Positions 25,085 through 37,155 of a stretch of 64,000 nt of DNA are shown here, piece after piece. The notes beneath the pieces were generated by a model, which was not told the DNA's origin, did not search any database, and worked only from the letters and a program-made list of their open reading frames with translations. The stretch is from Heptranchias perlo. Its lineage: Eukaryota. The stretch's first letter is position 1, and every line of letters starts with the position of its first letter. The stretch is taken from positions 8,122,001-8,186,000 of the forward strand of contig NC_090362.1 in NCBI RefSeq assembly GCF_035084215.1, written 5' to 3'. A program made the translations under genes and the position numbers.

Positions 25085-25528
25085 AAAAGAAGAAAGACTT
25101 GCATTTATATAGCGTCTTTCATGACCTCAGGACGTCTCAAAGCGCTTTACAGCAAATTAAGTACTTTTGAAGTGCAGTCACTGTTGTAATGTAGGAAACG
25201 GGGCAGCCAATTAGCGCACAGCAAGGTCCCACAAACAGCAAAGTGATAATGACCAGATCATCTGATATAGTGATGTTGGTCGAGGGATACATATTGGCGA
25301 GGGCACCAGGGAGAACCCCCTGCCCTTCGAATAGTGCCACGGGATCTTTTACGTCCACCTGAGAGGAGGTCTCATCCAAAAGATGGCACCTCTGACAGTG
25401 CAGCACTCCCTCAGTACTGCACCAGAGTGTCAGCCTGGAGTATGTGCTCAAGTCTCTATAGTGGGGCTTGAACCTCCAAACTGCTGGCTTAGAGACACGA
25501 GTGCAACCCACTGAACCACGGCTGACTC
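25085..25528 (-). mobile_element. Near full-length Deu-domain tRNA SINE (SacSINE1-like)
   Basis: tRNA-like head with A/B-box-like motifs at about 25450-25528 (minus strand), Deu core, L2-type 3' tail. Confidence 0.85.
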
Positions 25529-27751
25529 AGAGACAGAAAGCAAGGAGGGTGGCAAGGGGAAGTGAGTGGGCCGGGCCAAAGGGCAGTGGGCAGATCTTTG
25601 GAGTGGGGTCAGGAAGAGATGGTGACATGGTTGTGAAGAACTGATGGTGGCAACAAAGGGCAAGCAGCAAGGAACAGGTGGGGAGCCTGAATAGCATTGG
25701 GGCGGGGATTACATTTTGTACATATCCAGGATGAGGAGAAGTGGAAGAGCAGACCTGGAAGCAGGCCGGCACAAGCCTTTGAATCAGAAGAGGGTGGCTT
25801 ACCAATAGGTGAGCAGGAAACCTCAAAGTGGAGGCTGTGGACCAGGGGAATGGCGGCTGCCAAATAGGGAAGGAGGAAATCTCATAAGTAGGATCTGGAG
25901 ACTGTGGACCTACGGATACAGAAGGGACCTGGTAGAGGAGCCTTTGAAGGGAATATGTCGGCAGATGGTTATAGGCAGGGACCAGGTGCTCCAGTGCAGA
26001 GGCATGAGGCAGGAAGCAGAAGGATACAGGCACAAAAATAATGGCCTGGAAATTGCTCTTCAAATAATGGTGAAGCTAACAGGGCTCACCATTATTTCAG
26101 CGAAAATGGAAGAGTAAGTTCCAGAGAGCATTCACGCACAGTGAAGCATGGAAATCCAGAACTTGCTCTTCCTGATTCACCAGTGATCTGAAAGCTTCGC
26201 ATTAAAGGGACCTCGCTGGCTGCAATCAATGGACCAGCGCCAACTTGCTCCCCTGCCCAGCTGCAAACTAACTAATCTCGCCACAAAAAAGGTACACTGA
26301 GTTTTTTAGGCCGAAGCTAACTTTTAACAGCATGGTAAGTATTAATGACTGCCAAACAAACTCTCTGGCACTGAAAATTAACTTTTAAAAATGTGGAGTC
26401 TCATTACACCTGATTTTAATAGTTTTTGGACATTTAAAAATAAATTTAAATTAAAAAATGTAAACTTTTTAAAAACTTTTTCTTTCTGTCTCTTTTATCT
26501 CAGTCTTTTAATCCTACCCTCTCTTTATTTTATTTTCTCTATCTCATTTTATAATACCTTTACTAAGCTTATTGGACACTTCCTGGTTGTTAGTCTGCGC
26601 GGCTTGTGAATGAGTTTCACTTCCTGGTTCTCACAGCGTGACTTGCTTCAAGCTGATTGATTGCGGAGACATAGAGCTCCTTTCCCTGCTCACACAGCCC
26701 GGGAAAGAACGCTGCAGTTTTTTGAACTCAAAGTTCAAGGGAGTTGCCACCATGCAGTAGCAACTCCCTTGAACTGTTGGTTCACCGCTCAGAACTATTT
26801 ACAATGTTGACATAGTAATTCACAATGGGAAATGTTAACACAAAAGTGAGACCAAAGCTTGTAACAATGGGAAGTAAAGTTTATGGAAGCATGTGCCCTC
26901 TGCAAGATTCTTAATATAAAATAGATATTTAAATTGATAAGGGACTGGTTATTATCATTAAAGTCTGATGCACATGGGGACTCTCAGAGAGAGAGAAATA
27001 CCAGCTCACACAGACATGTACAAATATATATAGACAGAAATACACTCATCCACATGCCTACAGAGAGAGACACATATACATGCAATTACAAAGAAAATAC
27101 ATGCACTCAAGTGCATATATTTGCCTGCTTGGAGTGAAATACACTCACATATACATACAAGCGGACATGGAAAATACATTCACAAGTGTACATTCATGGA
27201 GAGAAGTGCAGTTGTATACACACAGAAACAGTCACACACTCACAAAGAAACACACCCTCAATAAGAGACAGACAAAACAATCACACACAGAGACAGAGAA
27301 CGACGTCTAGACATGAGTAAAAGCGTAGATAGCCTCGTACTAATATATAGATATAGAAACAATCATATAAACAAAGACCTATTGACACTGGGATCTGCAG
27401 GCAGTGATTTCAGGTCACGACAGCTCAAACATTCGCTGACAGAAGGTGAAGGGACAACCCCAGTGGTTTCGTCTATCGCTGCTGCTACTAGTCTCAGCTG
27501 AGCCTCTCGCTGCTCCTCCAGGCCGTGCCAAGCCTGCCCGTTACGTTACAAGCTAAAAATGATTGGGAGAAGCAGTGGATCTCCGATTTTGCGGAACAGA
27601 GTTCACGTTCCTGGTGCTAGTAGACGATGGCCATAATCTTGCACTCAAACGAGTTAGCAGCAGCAACATCCTCCGCACCAATGCTCTACGTGAAGCTTTC
27701 TTCTATGTGTAATGTCTGACACATCATATTATATTTGTCATCCGTCCACAG

Positions 27752-27832
27752 GTGCAAAAGGCCACAGCAGTTGTGGATACCAAAGGACCTCAGACCCCGG
27801 TACATCTTCAAGTCAAGCTAAAAACACTACAG
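27752..27832 (+). CDS. CFAP97D2: CFAP97D2-like, coding exon 2 (VQKATAVVDTKGPQTPVHLQVKLKTLQ)
   Basis: tccacag| acceptor, CAG|GTATGA donor, phase 0/0; VDT..P...HL..KLK family motif. Confidence 0.88.
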
Positions 27833-27849
27833 GTATGATGTGTGCCGTT

Positions 27850-28205
27850 TTTTTAAAAATCATTCTCGGGATGTGGGTGCTGCTGGCAAGGCCAGTATTT
27901 ATTGCCCATCCCTAATTGCCCATATACAATTGAATGACTTGCTAGGCCACTTCAGAGTCAATCACTTTGGTGTGGGACTGGAGTCACATGTAGGCCAGAC
28001 TGGGTAAGGACAACAGGTTTCCTTCCCTAAAGGGCATTAGTGAACCAGTGACAATCAGACAGTTTCATGGTCACTTTTACCGATAACAGTTTTTTTATTT
28101 TCTCCAGATTTTTTTAACTGAATTCAAATTCTTAAACTGCCATGGTTAGGATTTGAATTCACATTCTCTGGATTATTAGTCCAGTAACATAACCACCATG
28201 TTACC
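27850..28205 (-). mobile_element. tRNA-derived SINE sharing the 3' tail of the 8316-10866 LINE family
   Basis: Tail gggatgtgggtgctgctggcaaggccagtatttattgccc plus tRNA-like head at about 28140-28205; related copy at about 39895-40120. Confidence 0.65.
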
Positions 28206-28484
28206 ATATCCCATTTCCAGTAGAGATTCCAAAAGTCACACACAATAGACCATAGAAGTCATTTTGAAAGGCTCTGGTCCCAATGTGGAGCCTTATTAGG
28301 GAAGGCAGGTTGGAGATGGGTCTGTAACCCAATAGGGCTGATTCTGTGACCTGTGCTGACTTTCCCTTCCCTAACTCTAGGGCGCAATGGTCAATTTTAG
28401 TTTTTCTCTTGCCACCCTGGCTGAGATTAACTGTCTCAGCAAAGACCAGGGATTGAAACTGGGATCTTCCTGATCTATTATAAC

Positions 28485-28897
28485 ACCTCGATTTTAAAAT
28501 TTCATCCTTGTTTTCAAGTCCCTCTATGGCCTCGCCCCTCCCTATCTTTGTAACCTCCTCCAGTCCTACAACCCTCTGAGATCTCTGCCCTCCTCCAATT
28601 CTAGACTCTTGCACATCCCCAATTTCCTTTGCTCCACCATTGGCGGCCGTACCTTCAGCTGCCTAGGCCCTAAACTCTGGAATTCCCTTCCTAAACCTCT
28701 CCACCTCTCTACCTTTCTCTCCTTCTTAAAAGACACTCCTTAAAACTTACTTCTTTGGCCAAACTTTTGATGATCTGTCCTAATATCTCCTTATGTGGCT
28801 CGGTGTCAAATTTTGTTTGATAATCGTTCCTGTGAAGCGCCTTGGGTCGTTTTACTACGTTAAAGGCGCTATATAAATGCAAGTTGTTGTGGTTGTT
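28485..28897 (+). mobile_element. L2 LINE 3' fragment
   Basis: Same sequence as other L2 ends; tail aaaggcgctatataaatgcaagttgttg. Confidence 0.82.
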
Positions 28898-29321
28898 GCA
28901 TGGCTCAACTACTCACTGATTGGCCAAATAAGCGATCAGGTGACCTGCGGGTTTCAGTCTTCAAGATGCCCCACAGAGTGGCCCATGTTGGGAACTTAGG
29001 CAGTTTCCTTTGATTGTGGTTGACAGACTCAAGAGTCCTGCAAAGTTCAACATAAATATTGACAGGACAATGAACTACAGCACCAACTGGCTGTGTCATG
29101 GAGTGGTGATGCCGAGGTCCACACCCACAGCCCCCAACACATTGAACCCTTAACTGTGCTGTCATATAGAGGCAGCAAAGAGAAGCCAGACACTTGGGAG
29201 CTGGTTGCCGGCCTCTTCATTCAATCATAAGAGGTCGGTACGCGGGGAACTAGAGAAGGGGAGGAAACAACTTCAAAAACAGAGATAAATTCTCATCAAG
29301 CCAGTGCTGCAGATTGACTAG

Positions 29322-29600
29322 GAACATAGGAAGGAACATGACAAGGCCATTCGGCCTCTCAAGCCTGTTCCGCCATTCAATTAGATCATGGCTGATCTGT
29401 ATCCTAACTCCATTTACCCCCTTGGTTCTGTAACCCTAACAAAAATCTATCGATCTCAGTTTTGAAATTTTCAATTGACCCCCAGCCTCAACAGCTTTAT
29501 GGAGGAAAAAGTTCCAGATTTCCACTGCCCTTTGTGTGAAGAAGTGTTTCCTGACATCACTCCTGAACAGCCTAGCTCTAATTTTAAGGTTATGCCCCCT
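29322..29600 (-). mobile_element. CR1 3' fragment
   Basis: RGHNLKIRARLFRSDVRKHFFTQRAVEIWN. Confidence 0.8.
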
Positions 29601-29696
29601 ATATTTTGTTGGTGAACTCAATGGTAATTAGCCCAAAAGTCTGCAGAGAATGCAGATGCATTGACTGTAGCTGATGACTGACTGTCCTTTCTTCAG

Positions 29697-29815
29697 ATAC
29701 AGGAAGAGCGTTTGGCCATTATAACAAGAGACAATCAGATCCTTTCTTCCAAATTAGCTGCCATTATGAGATCCAACGGGACGGTGGAGAATTGGAACAA
29801 CTATTCATATAAAAG
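29697..29815 (+). CDS. CFAP97D2: CFAP97D2-like, coding exon 3 (IQEERLAIITRDNQILSSKLAAIMRSNGTVENWNNYSYK-S)
   Basis: ctttcttcag| acceptor, AAG|GTACAG donor, phase 0/2; EERL..I.RDN..L..K motif. Confidence 0.9.
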
Positions 29816-29943
29816 GTACAGAAATTACCGGCAAAGGCAGAGAAGGCTTAATATTTGGGTTCTTATTAAGGCAGTCAGAAAGTTTCTGCCACCATTGAGG
29901 GGTGTTTACTGACAACCTCTAATGTCCAACTCATTACACTTAA

Positions 29944-30310
29944 AAAGAAAGAAAGACTTGCAATAATACAGTGCCTTTCACAACCTCAGGATGTCCCAAA
30001 GCGCTTTACAGCCAATAAAATACTTTTCAAGTATAGTCATTGTTGTAATGTAGGAACATTACATTGTAATGAGTAGCTTCACCACATGGACTGCAGCGGT
30101 TCAAAAAGGCGACTCACCACCAACTTCTCAAGGGCAATTAGAGATGGGCAATAAATGCTGGCTTTGCTAGCGATGCCCACATCCCATGAATGAATAAGAA
30201 AAATGCAGCAACCAATTTGCGCACAGCAATGTCCCGCAAACAGCAATGTAATAATGACCAGATAATCTATTTTAGTGATGTTGGTTGAAGGATAAATATT
30301 GGCCAGTGAC
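29944..30310 (-). mobile_element. Deu-SINE 3' part interrupted by a short LINE 3' end (about 30079-30202, + strand)
   Basis: SINE tail, then the LINE tail in opposite orientation, then the SINE resumes. Confidence 0.7.
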
Positions 30311-30814
30311 ATCTAAAGTGTGATGGACACTTGCTAGATGCAAGACTTTTGTATAAATAGATTATACCCAACGGATTACTTTATCTCATTAAAGATCATT
30401 TATACCAATGATCTGGAATACACTGCCTGAAAGGGTGGTGGAAGCAGTTTCAAAAGTAACTTTCAAAAGGAAATTAGATCTCTGCTTAAAAAGGAAAACT
30501 TTGCAAGGCTTTGGAGAAAGAGCAAGGGAGTGGGTCTAATTGGTCGCTCTTTCAGAGAGCTGGCACAGGCATGATGGGCCAAATGGCCTCCTTCAGTGCT
30601 GTACGATTCTATGATTCTGTGAACAGATTCCTGTCAGATTTTACTGATTAAAACAGTTCATATGATAGAGTGTGCATCAGAAGATACTTAGACAGACTCC
30701 TGATGGCAAGATGACAAGGCAACTGAGAGACAAAGGTCTATGTGGGCCCTCAGAAAGGATCTAAATGACAAGACCTGCTGGATGGCCAGAAATTCTTTTT
30801 CTTGTTTTCTCTTA

Positions 30815-31155
30815 ATTCATTCTTGAGATGTGGGTGTCGCTGACAAGGCCAGCATTTATTGCCTATTTCTAGTTGCCCCTTGAGAAGGACCTTCTTCTTG
30901 AACCGCTGCAGTCCATGTGGCGAAGGGGCTCCCACAGTGCTGTTAGATAGGGAGTTCCAGTGTTTTAACCCAGCAACAACAAAGGAACGGCCGATATATG
31001 TCCAAGTCGGGATGGTGTGTGGCTTGGAGGGGAACTTGGAGGTGATGGTGTTCCCATATGCCTGCTGCCCTTGTCCCTCTGGGTGGGAGAGGTCACAGGT
31101 TTGGGAGGTGCTGTCGAGCAAGCCTTAGCGAGTTGCTGCAGTGTGCATCCTGTGT
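30815..31155 (-). mobile_element. 3' fragment of CR1/L2-group LINE
   Basis: Matches the 3' end of the 8316-10866 family. Confidence 0.8.
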
Positions 31156-31243
31156 GTTGCTCCCTTCTGATTTAATTATTTTCTTCCTTTTACTGTTTTG
31201 ATGTCATCCCTTAACTGATATTTTCTAGTATCCTTCCACGCAG

Positions 31244-31427
31244 TCTGAATGCAGAGAAGCGACAGAGGGAGCTCATGCAGATATCACGGGAGAACCAAGC
31301 CATTCTTCAGCGCATCATGCATTGTGAATCAGAGTACAACCGCAGCAGACTGAAAGAGGATTGGGAGAAAGCTGAGAGAGTGCAAAAAGATATTGCACGT
31401 TATCCACGTGGGTTAAAAACAGTGCAG
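31244..31427 (+). CDS. CFAP97D2: CFAP97D2-like, coding exon 4 (SLNAEKRQRELMQISRENQAILQRIMHCESEYNRSRLKEDWEKAERVQKDIARYPRGLKTVQ)
   Basis: ccacgcag| acceptor, CAG|GTAAGA donor, phase 2/0; SLN..KR..EL..I..EN..IL.RI and IARYP motifs of the KIAA1430 domain. Confidence 0.92.
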
Positions 31428-33071
31428 GTAAGAAAGATACCAGTGAGAATGCTGTACTTGCTACCACATGGAGTAGTTGAGGCGAATAGCATAGATGCAT
31501 TTAAGGGGAAGCTAGATAAATACATGAGGGTGAAACAAATAGAAGGATATGTTGGTAGGATTTGATAAAGTAGGGTGGGAGGAGATTCTTGTGGAGCATA
31601 AACACAGGCATAGTCCAGTTGGCCTGTTTCTGTGCTGTAAATTCTATGTAACTGAGACTCTGATTTCCTATGAGAGGAGAGAGAGTGATCTAAGATCCCA
31701 CAGAAGGTACAGAGAGAAGAGAGAGAAAAAGACTGAGATCCCTTAACATGTCCAGAGAGGAACGAGAGAATGAGACTCTTGTCGCTCATTATCCTGGAGG
31801 GGGAGTTATAGTCATGTTGACATGCCTTTTTGCCAAAGCCCCTAAGATGAGGACCTAGATTAAGTAGTTGATGATGAACAAGTTGGGCATGCAGCATTGG
31901 ACATGGGCATCTGGAAACTCAAGATGGTTGGCATCTTGCAAAATGGCCCTCAAACACACTGAATTCAGATGTTCATCAAGTAGCTGATGTGGAGAGTCTG
32001 AGGCTTTAACAACAGTTACTGGAAAGTGTTAGCTCGATGTGAACCTGTGTACATATATTCATGGTTCACTGCCTACCTGACCAGGCTACAGAAAGGCAAG
32101 AAGTTGCTACTGAAGCTCTGCACATCCAACTGGAGTGGTTGAAGCCGACATCATTGATGCATTTTAGGCGAGGCTTGATGCATTCATGGGGGAGAATGAA
32201 ATAGAGGGATACGGGGGCAGGGTGGGAAGGGAACATTAGAGTGGGGGAGGCTCGTGTGGCCTATTTCTGTGCTGTAGATTCTATGTATGTAATTCTATTA
32301 TATGCTCTAGGAACTGGAAAGCTTGTTTTCGAGATAGATAATGACTTGAGGCCTGGTCAGGATCAGTGTACATGCCTTTAACAACGTCAACACTCAATGG
32401 GAATGATCAAGAAAAGAAAACAATTCTCATTTAATGGCTTCTACTTTGTATCAGTGATAATTACAATGAGACATTGCGGAGTTTTATGCGCACAGAAATT
32501 GCCTCCACTTGTGCGCTACGTAAATGGGAACAATTCAAATTATGCCCATCCTTAGTCTCTCCTTTCATCATCTTCACGTTTACCCCTACCCCTCTCTCCC
32601 CCTCCTTCAGCTGGAGCCACCCTTCCTTCCGCCGGAGGCGTGAGCTCTCCTGTTAATGGCAGCCGTATTTCCCACAGTGCGTAGCGACAGAGAACAAGCC
32701 CCGGCGGCTGCACGGGCCGCTCTGCCTTGCGGGAAAAGGTTCCCCCTGGCGCACGCGCACAAGCGTCCAGTCAGCCAGAGGCGGTGCAGGGAAAGTTTGA
32801 AGAGTTGTGCCTGGTGCGGGGCTCTGATGCTGGAGGACGGGCCACGGAGCTGAGGATCCACAAGGCTGCGGGGTGTTGTGCCTGAGATAATCTTGATGGA
32901 ATGACACCGCCCATTAAATAGCCTGTTAATGTGTATCTGTATACAGCATGTGGTGAACTTTCTCCGGAGAGAACTTGCATTGACAACAGCTCCTTATCAG
33001 GTGGCCGCAGGGGCCACTCATGGATTACATTTAAAGCCCAGTCACTTGTTAGGCAAACAAACGTGACATAA

Positions 33072-33470
33072 TCTTAGAATAAGGGGCTGCTCTTTCAAAA
33101 CTGAGATGAGGAGAAACTTCTTCACTCAGAGGGTGGTGGGTCTGTGGAATTTGCTGCCCCAGGAAGCTGTGGAAGCTACATCATTAAATAAATTTAAAAC
33201 AGAAATAGACAGTTTTCTAGAAGTAAAGGAAATTAGGGGTTACGGGGAGCGGGCAGGAAATTGGACATGAAGCTGAGTTCGGATCGGTCAATGCCCTGTG
33301 GGTGGCGGAGAGGGCCCAGGGGCTGAGTGGCCGGGTCCTGCTCCTACTTCTTGTGTTCTTTAGATTTGTGGTTGGGATCAGATCAGCCATGATCTTATTG
33401 AATGGCGGAGCAGGCTCGAGGGGCCGATTGGCCTACTCCTGCTCCAATTTCTTATGTTCTTATGTTCTTA
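33072..33470 (+). mobile_element. CR1 3' fragment
   Basis: RRNFFTQRVVGLWNLLP; (ttcttatg)n tail. Confidence 0.8.
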
Positions 33471-33480
33471 TCCAATTTTA

Positions 33481-34192
33481 CATAGAATTTACAACACAGA
33501 AACAGGCCATTCGGCCCAACTAGTCTATGCTGGTGTTTATGCTCCACACAAACCTTCTCCCACCCTACTGGTGATCTCCTGGACTGGTTTTGATGGCCTA
33601 AGGCAGGGGGGGGGGGGGGGTCAGAAAATTTACAGAGTATTTTTTCCCCTTATTGGTTCTGGGTTTTTCCTCTTTTTTTTGCCTCTCCCAGGAGATTACA
33701 TGGCTGCAGAGGTGGGTGTGAGGTGGGGGGAGGGAAGAAGTGTTTAGCCATGATGCAGCGGCCGTCATGGTGTAGGGCAGGCTTGATGGACCAGCTGGTC
33801 TTTTCCTGCCCGTCAATTTTGTATGTTTGTACTTCCTCTCACCCTATCAGCACATCCTTCTATTCCTTTCTCCCTCATGTACCTATCCAGCTTCCCCTTA
33901 AATGCATTTATGTTATTTGCTTCAACCACCCCATGTTTCACATTCTGACCACTCTCGGGGTAAAGAAATTTCTCCTGAATTCCATACTGGATTTATTAGT
34001 GACTGTCTTATATTTATGGCCCCTAGTTTTGGACTCCCCTGCAAGTGGAAACACCTTCTCTACATTTATCCTATTAAACCCCTTCATAATTTTAAAGACC
34101 TCTATTAGGTCACCCCTCAGCCTTCCCTTTTCTAGAGAAAAGAGCCCCAGCCTGTTCAATCTTTCCTGATAGTTATAACCTCTCCATTCTGG
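33481..34192 (-). mobile_element. CR1 3' fragment with an internal insertion (about 33570-33830)
   Basis: ORF 33938-34204 YQERLNRLGLFSLEKGRLRGDLIEVFKI...TRGH. Confidence 0.82.
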
Positions 34193-34224
34193 AAGGGCCC
34201 ACACACAGTAAGTGAGCAGTAATT

Positions 34225-34580
34225 AAAAACAGAAAATGCTGGAAAACACTCAGCAGGTCGGGCAGCATCTGCGGAGAGAGAAACAGAGTTAACATTTTAG
34301 TATGATGACCTTTCATCAGAGTTGGAAGATGTTAGAGATGAACAGCTTTTAAGGAATTGCAGAGCCAGGGCAAAGGGAGGCAGGCAAGGAACAAAGAGGC
34401 TTTAAAGGTCACTGATGTGGTCTCTAGGGTGGAGGGCAGATTACAATAATAATTGGTATGAATTTGCAGTATAAGTGATTAAATGACCAAAATAATGATG
34501 GTGCAAGGCAAAAGGGGGTGGTAATGAGACAAGTAACGAAACAAAAGATGGGTCCAGAGGAGGTGTAAATGGTTACAGCT
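34225..34580 (-). mobile_element. Penelope-like element terminal fragment
   Basis: gaaaatgctgga...ctcagcaggtc.ggcagcatct..ggagagagaaacagagttaac...tttcatcag, recurring at about 38200-38425, 51270-51366 and 54685-54895; carries hammerhead-like CTGATGA on the minus strand. Confidence 0.6.
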
Positions 34581-35141
34581 GTGGGAGAGAAGAGCAGAAC
34601 TTCTTCAATGTAGGAATTAGTGGAAGTACATTGGCAGTGAATTAAAACATGTGAGAGATAAGAGTAGAACTGGGCAATGAGCAGTAAATCCGTTTTGTGG
34701 TGCTGGTTGAGGCTGGGGAATAGAGCCATTGGATCTCGTATGAACAGACAGGTGGGTTTAACATCTCATCCGAAAGAGGCACCTCTGACTCTGCAGCATC
34801 AGCCTAGATTTATGTGCTCAAGTGGACTTGAACCCATGACCTTTATGACTCAAGAGATAAGGGTGCTACAAACAGAGCTAGGCCGACATGTAGCATTTCG
34901 TAGCAAACTTTCGAAAAGGTGTATTTCATATATTTAACATATAATTTACAATAATTTTACTTTTACAATCATTTTATTTAGATAAGTAATGCGATCATTA
35001 TATAACACGGATATTTCCACATGTTAAATTACGTAATTACTCCAGTAGTGAACTGCCTAACCCACCTGGCATACAATGTAATTACAAAAATAAATGGTAT
35101 GAATTTGCATTATAAAGAGAAATCTTTGCTATTTTCCACAG

Positions 35142-35258
35142 AAAAGTAAGAAGAAAGTTCGCATCAGAGGTTGGATGAGTGGTGAAACCTCTGATGATGT
35201 CCAAGAACAGAGGGAGTTGCAGCAGCGAGGAGAGAAGTCAACAATGTTAATTGTATGA
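35142..35258 (+). CDS. CFAP97D2: CFAP97D2-like, last coding exon (KSKKKVRIRGWMSGETSDDVQEQRELQQRGEKSTMLIV*)
   Basis: ttttccacag| acceptor, phase 0 continues exon 4; TGA at 35256-35258; AATAAA at 35354-35359. Poorly conserved tail, so less certain than exons 1-4. Confidence 0.65.
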   Translation, partial: KSKKKVRIRGWMSGETSDDVQEQRELQQRGEKSTMLIV

Positions 35259-35428
35259 TTTATATCAATTAGTGTTAATTGCAGTCAGGTGGTGGGTTTC
35301 AATTATTATAGGAGAGCTTAGCTAGGGTGTGGGGTGCGTGTAAGGAATGTGTGAATAAAGGCTTGGAAGCAAGTAAAGACGGGGCTCTAGTATTCTACTC
35401 TTCAACACATGGCTATCCAATTTTAACA
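35245..35428 (+). mobile_element. Putative solo LTR (184 bp)
   Basis: Termini TGTTAA...TTAACA, internal AATAAA, flanking 5-bp near-TSD AACAA/AACAT. Confidence 0.65.
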
Positions 35429-35689
35429 AACATCAGGGTGACCAGTGAAGGAGCAACTCCAGGCCCTTCTCCATCCAAATATCTCACTTCTGCTATTCGC
35501 CCAAATCTATCCCGTTCGCACCACACAAATAACTTGTGGCGCATTCTTAGTTAAATCTTTCAGACATTTTTGTTATTTCCCTCCCTGCATTTCCTCCTGC
35601 GTTGGGTAGAAGGGGGTCTCAGAGGCTGCCCCACATTGATCTATGCCAATCTATATCCAACAGTGGATGGATGAGCACACTGTGGGTTA

Positions 35690-37155
35690 GAATCATGGAA
35701 TCATAGAATGGTTACAGCACAGAAGGAGGCCATTCGTCCCATCGAGCCCACACCTGCTCCCTGTAAGAGCAATCCAGTTAGTCCCATTCCCCCGCTCTTT
35801 CCCCATAGCCCTGCAATTTTTTTCCCCTCAAGTATTTATCCAATTCCTTTTTGAAAGCCACGATTGAATCTGCTTCCACCACCCTTTCAGGCATCACTTT
35901 CCAGATCGTAACGACTCGCTGTGTAAATAAGTTCTCCCTCATGTCGCCTTTGGTTCTTTTGCCAATCAGCTTAAATCTGTGTCCTCTGGTTCTCAAACTT
36001 TCCACCAATGTGATCAGTTTCTCTTTATTTACTTTACCTAAACCCTTCATGATTTTGAACACTTCTATCAAATCTCCTCTTAACCTTCTCTGTTCAGAGG
36101 AGAACAACCCCAGCTTCTCCAGTCTATCCATGTAACTGAAGTCCCTCATCCCTGGAACCATTCTAGTAAATCTTTTCTGTACCCTCTCCAAGGCCTTCAC
36201 ACCCTTCCTAAAGTGCGGTGCCCAGAATTGGACACAATATTCCAGCTGTGGCCGAACCAGTGTTTTATAAAGGTTCATCATAACTTCCTTGCTTATGCCT
36301 CTATTTATAAAGCCCAGGATCCCGTATGCTTTTTTAATCGCTTTCTCAACCTGCCCTGCCTCCTTCAAAGATTTGTGCACATATACCCCCAGGTCTCTCT
36401 GTTCCTGCACCCCCTTTAGAATTGTACTCTTTAGTTTATATTGCCTCTCCTCATTCTTCCTACTGAAATGTATCACTTCGCACTTTTCTGTGTTAAATTT
36501 AATTTGTCATCTGTCCGCCCATTCCACCAGCCTGCCTATGTCCTCTTGAAGTCTATTACTATCCTCCTGACTGTTCACTACACTTCCAAGTTTTGTGTCA
36601 TCTACAAATTTGGAAATTGTGCCCTGTACACCCAAGTCCAAGTCATTAATATATATAAAAAAAGTAGTGGTCCTAGTACCGACCCCTGGGGAACACCACT
36701 GTATACCTCCCTCCAGTCCGAAAAACAACCGTTCACCACTACTCTCTGTTTCCTGTCACTTATCCAATTTCATATCCATGCTGCCACTGCCCCTTTTATT
36801 CCATGGGCTTCAGTTTTGCTGACAAGCCTATTATGTGGCACTTTATCAAATGCCTTTTGAAAGTCCATATACACAACAGTAATCACATTGCCTTCAACAA
36901 CCTTCTCTGTTACCTCATCAAAAAACTCAATCAAGTTAGTTAAACACGATTTGCCTTTAATAAATCCGTGCTGGCTTTCCTTTATTAATCCACACTTGTC
37001 CAAGCGACTATTAATTTTGTCCCGGATTATCGTTTCTAAAAGCTTCTCCACTACTGAGATTAAACTGACTGGCCTGTAGTTGCTGGGTTTATCCTTACAC
37101 CCTTTTTTGAACAAGGGTGTAACATTTGCAATTCTCCAATCCTCTGGCACCACCC
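35690..37155 (-). mobile_element. CR1 LINE ORF2 (RT) 3' portion
   Basis: VPEDWRIANVTPLFKKG...YRPVSL...DFQKAFDKVPH, FVDDTKL, LVRPQLEYCVQFWAP...TRGH; frameshifted; atcatagaat tail. Confidence 0.93.

Noticed and set aside
25450-25528. tRNA gene
   Set aside because: tRNA-like head of a SINE, not a complete cloverleaf.
26980-27310. CA/GA-rich stretch with short ORFs
   Set aside because: Degenerate microsatellite or low-complexity sequence.
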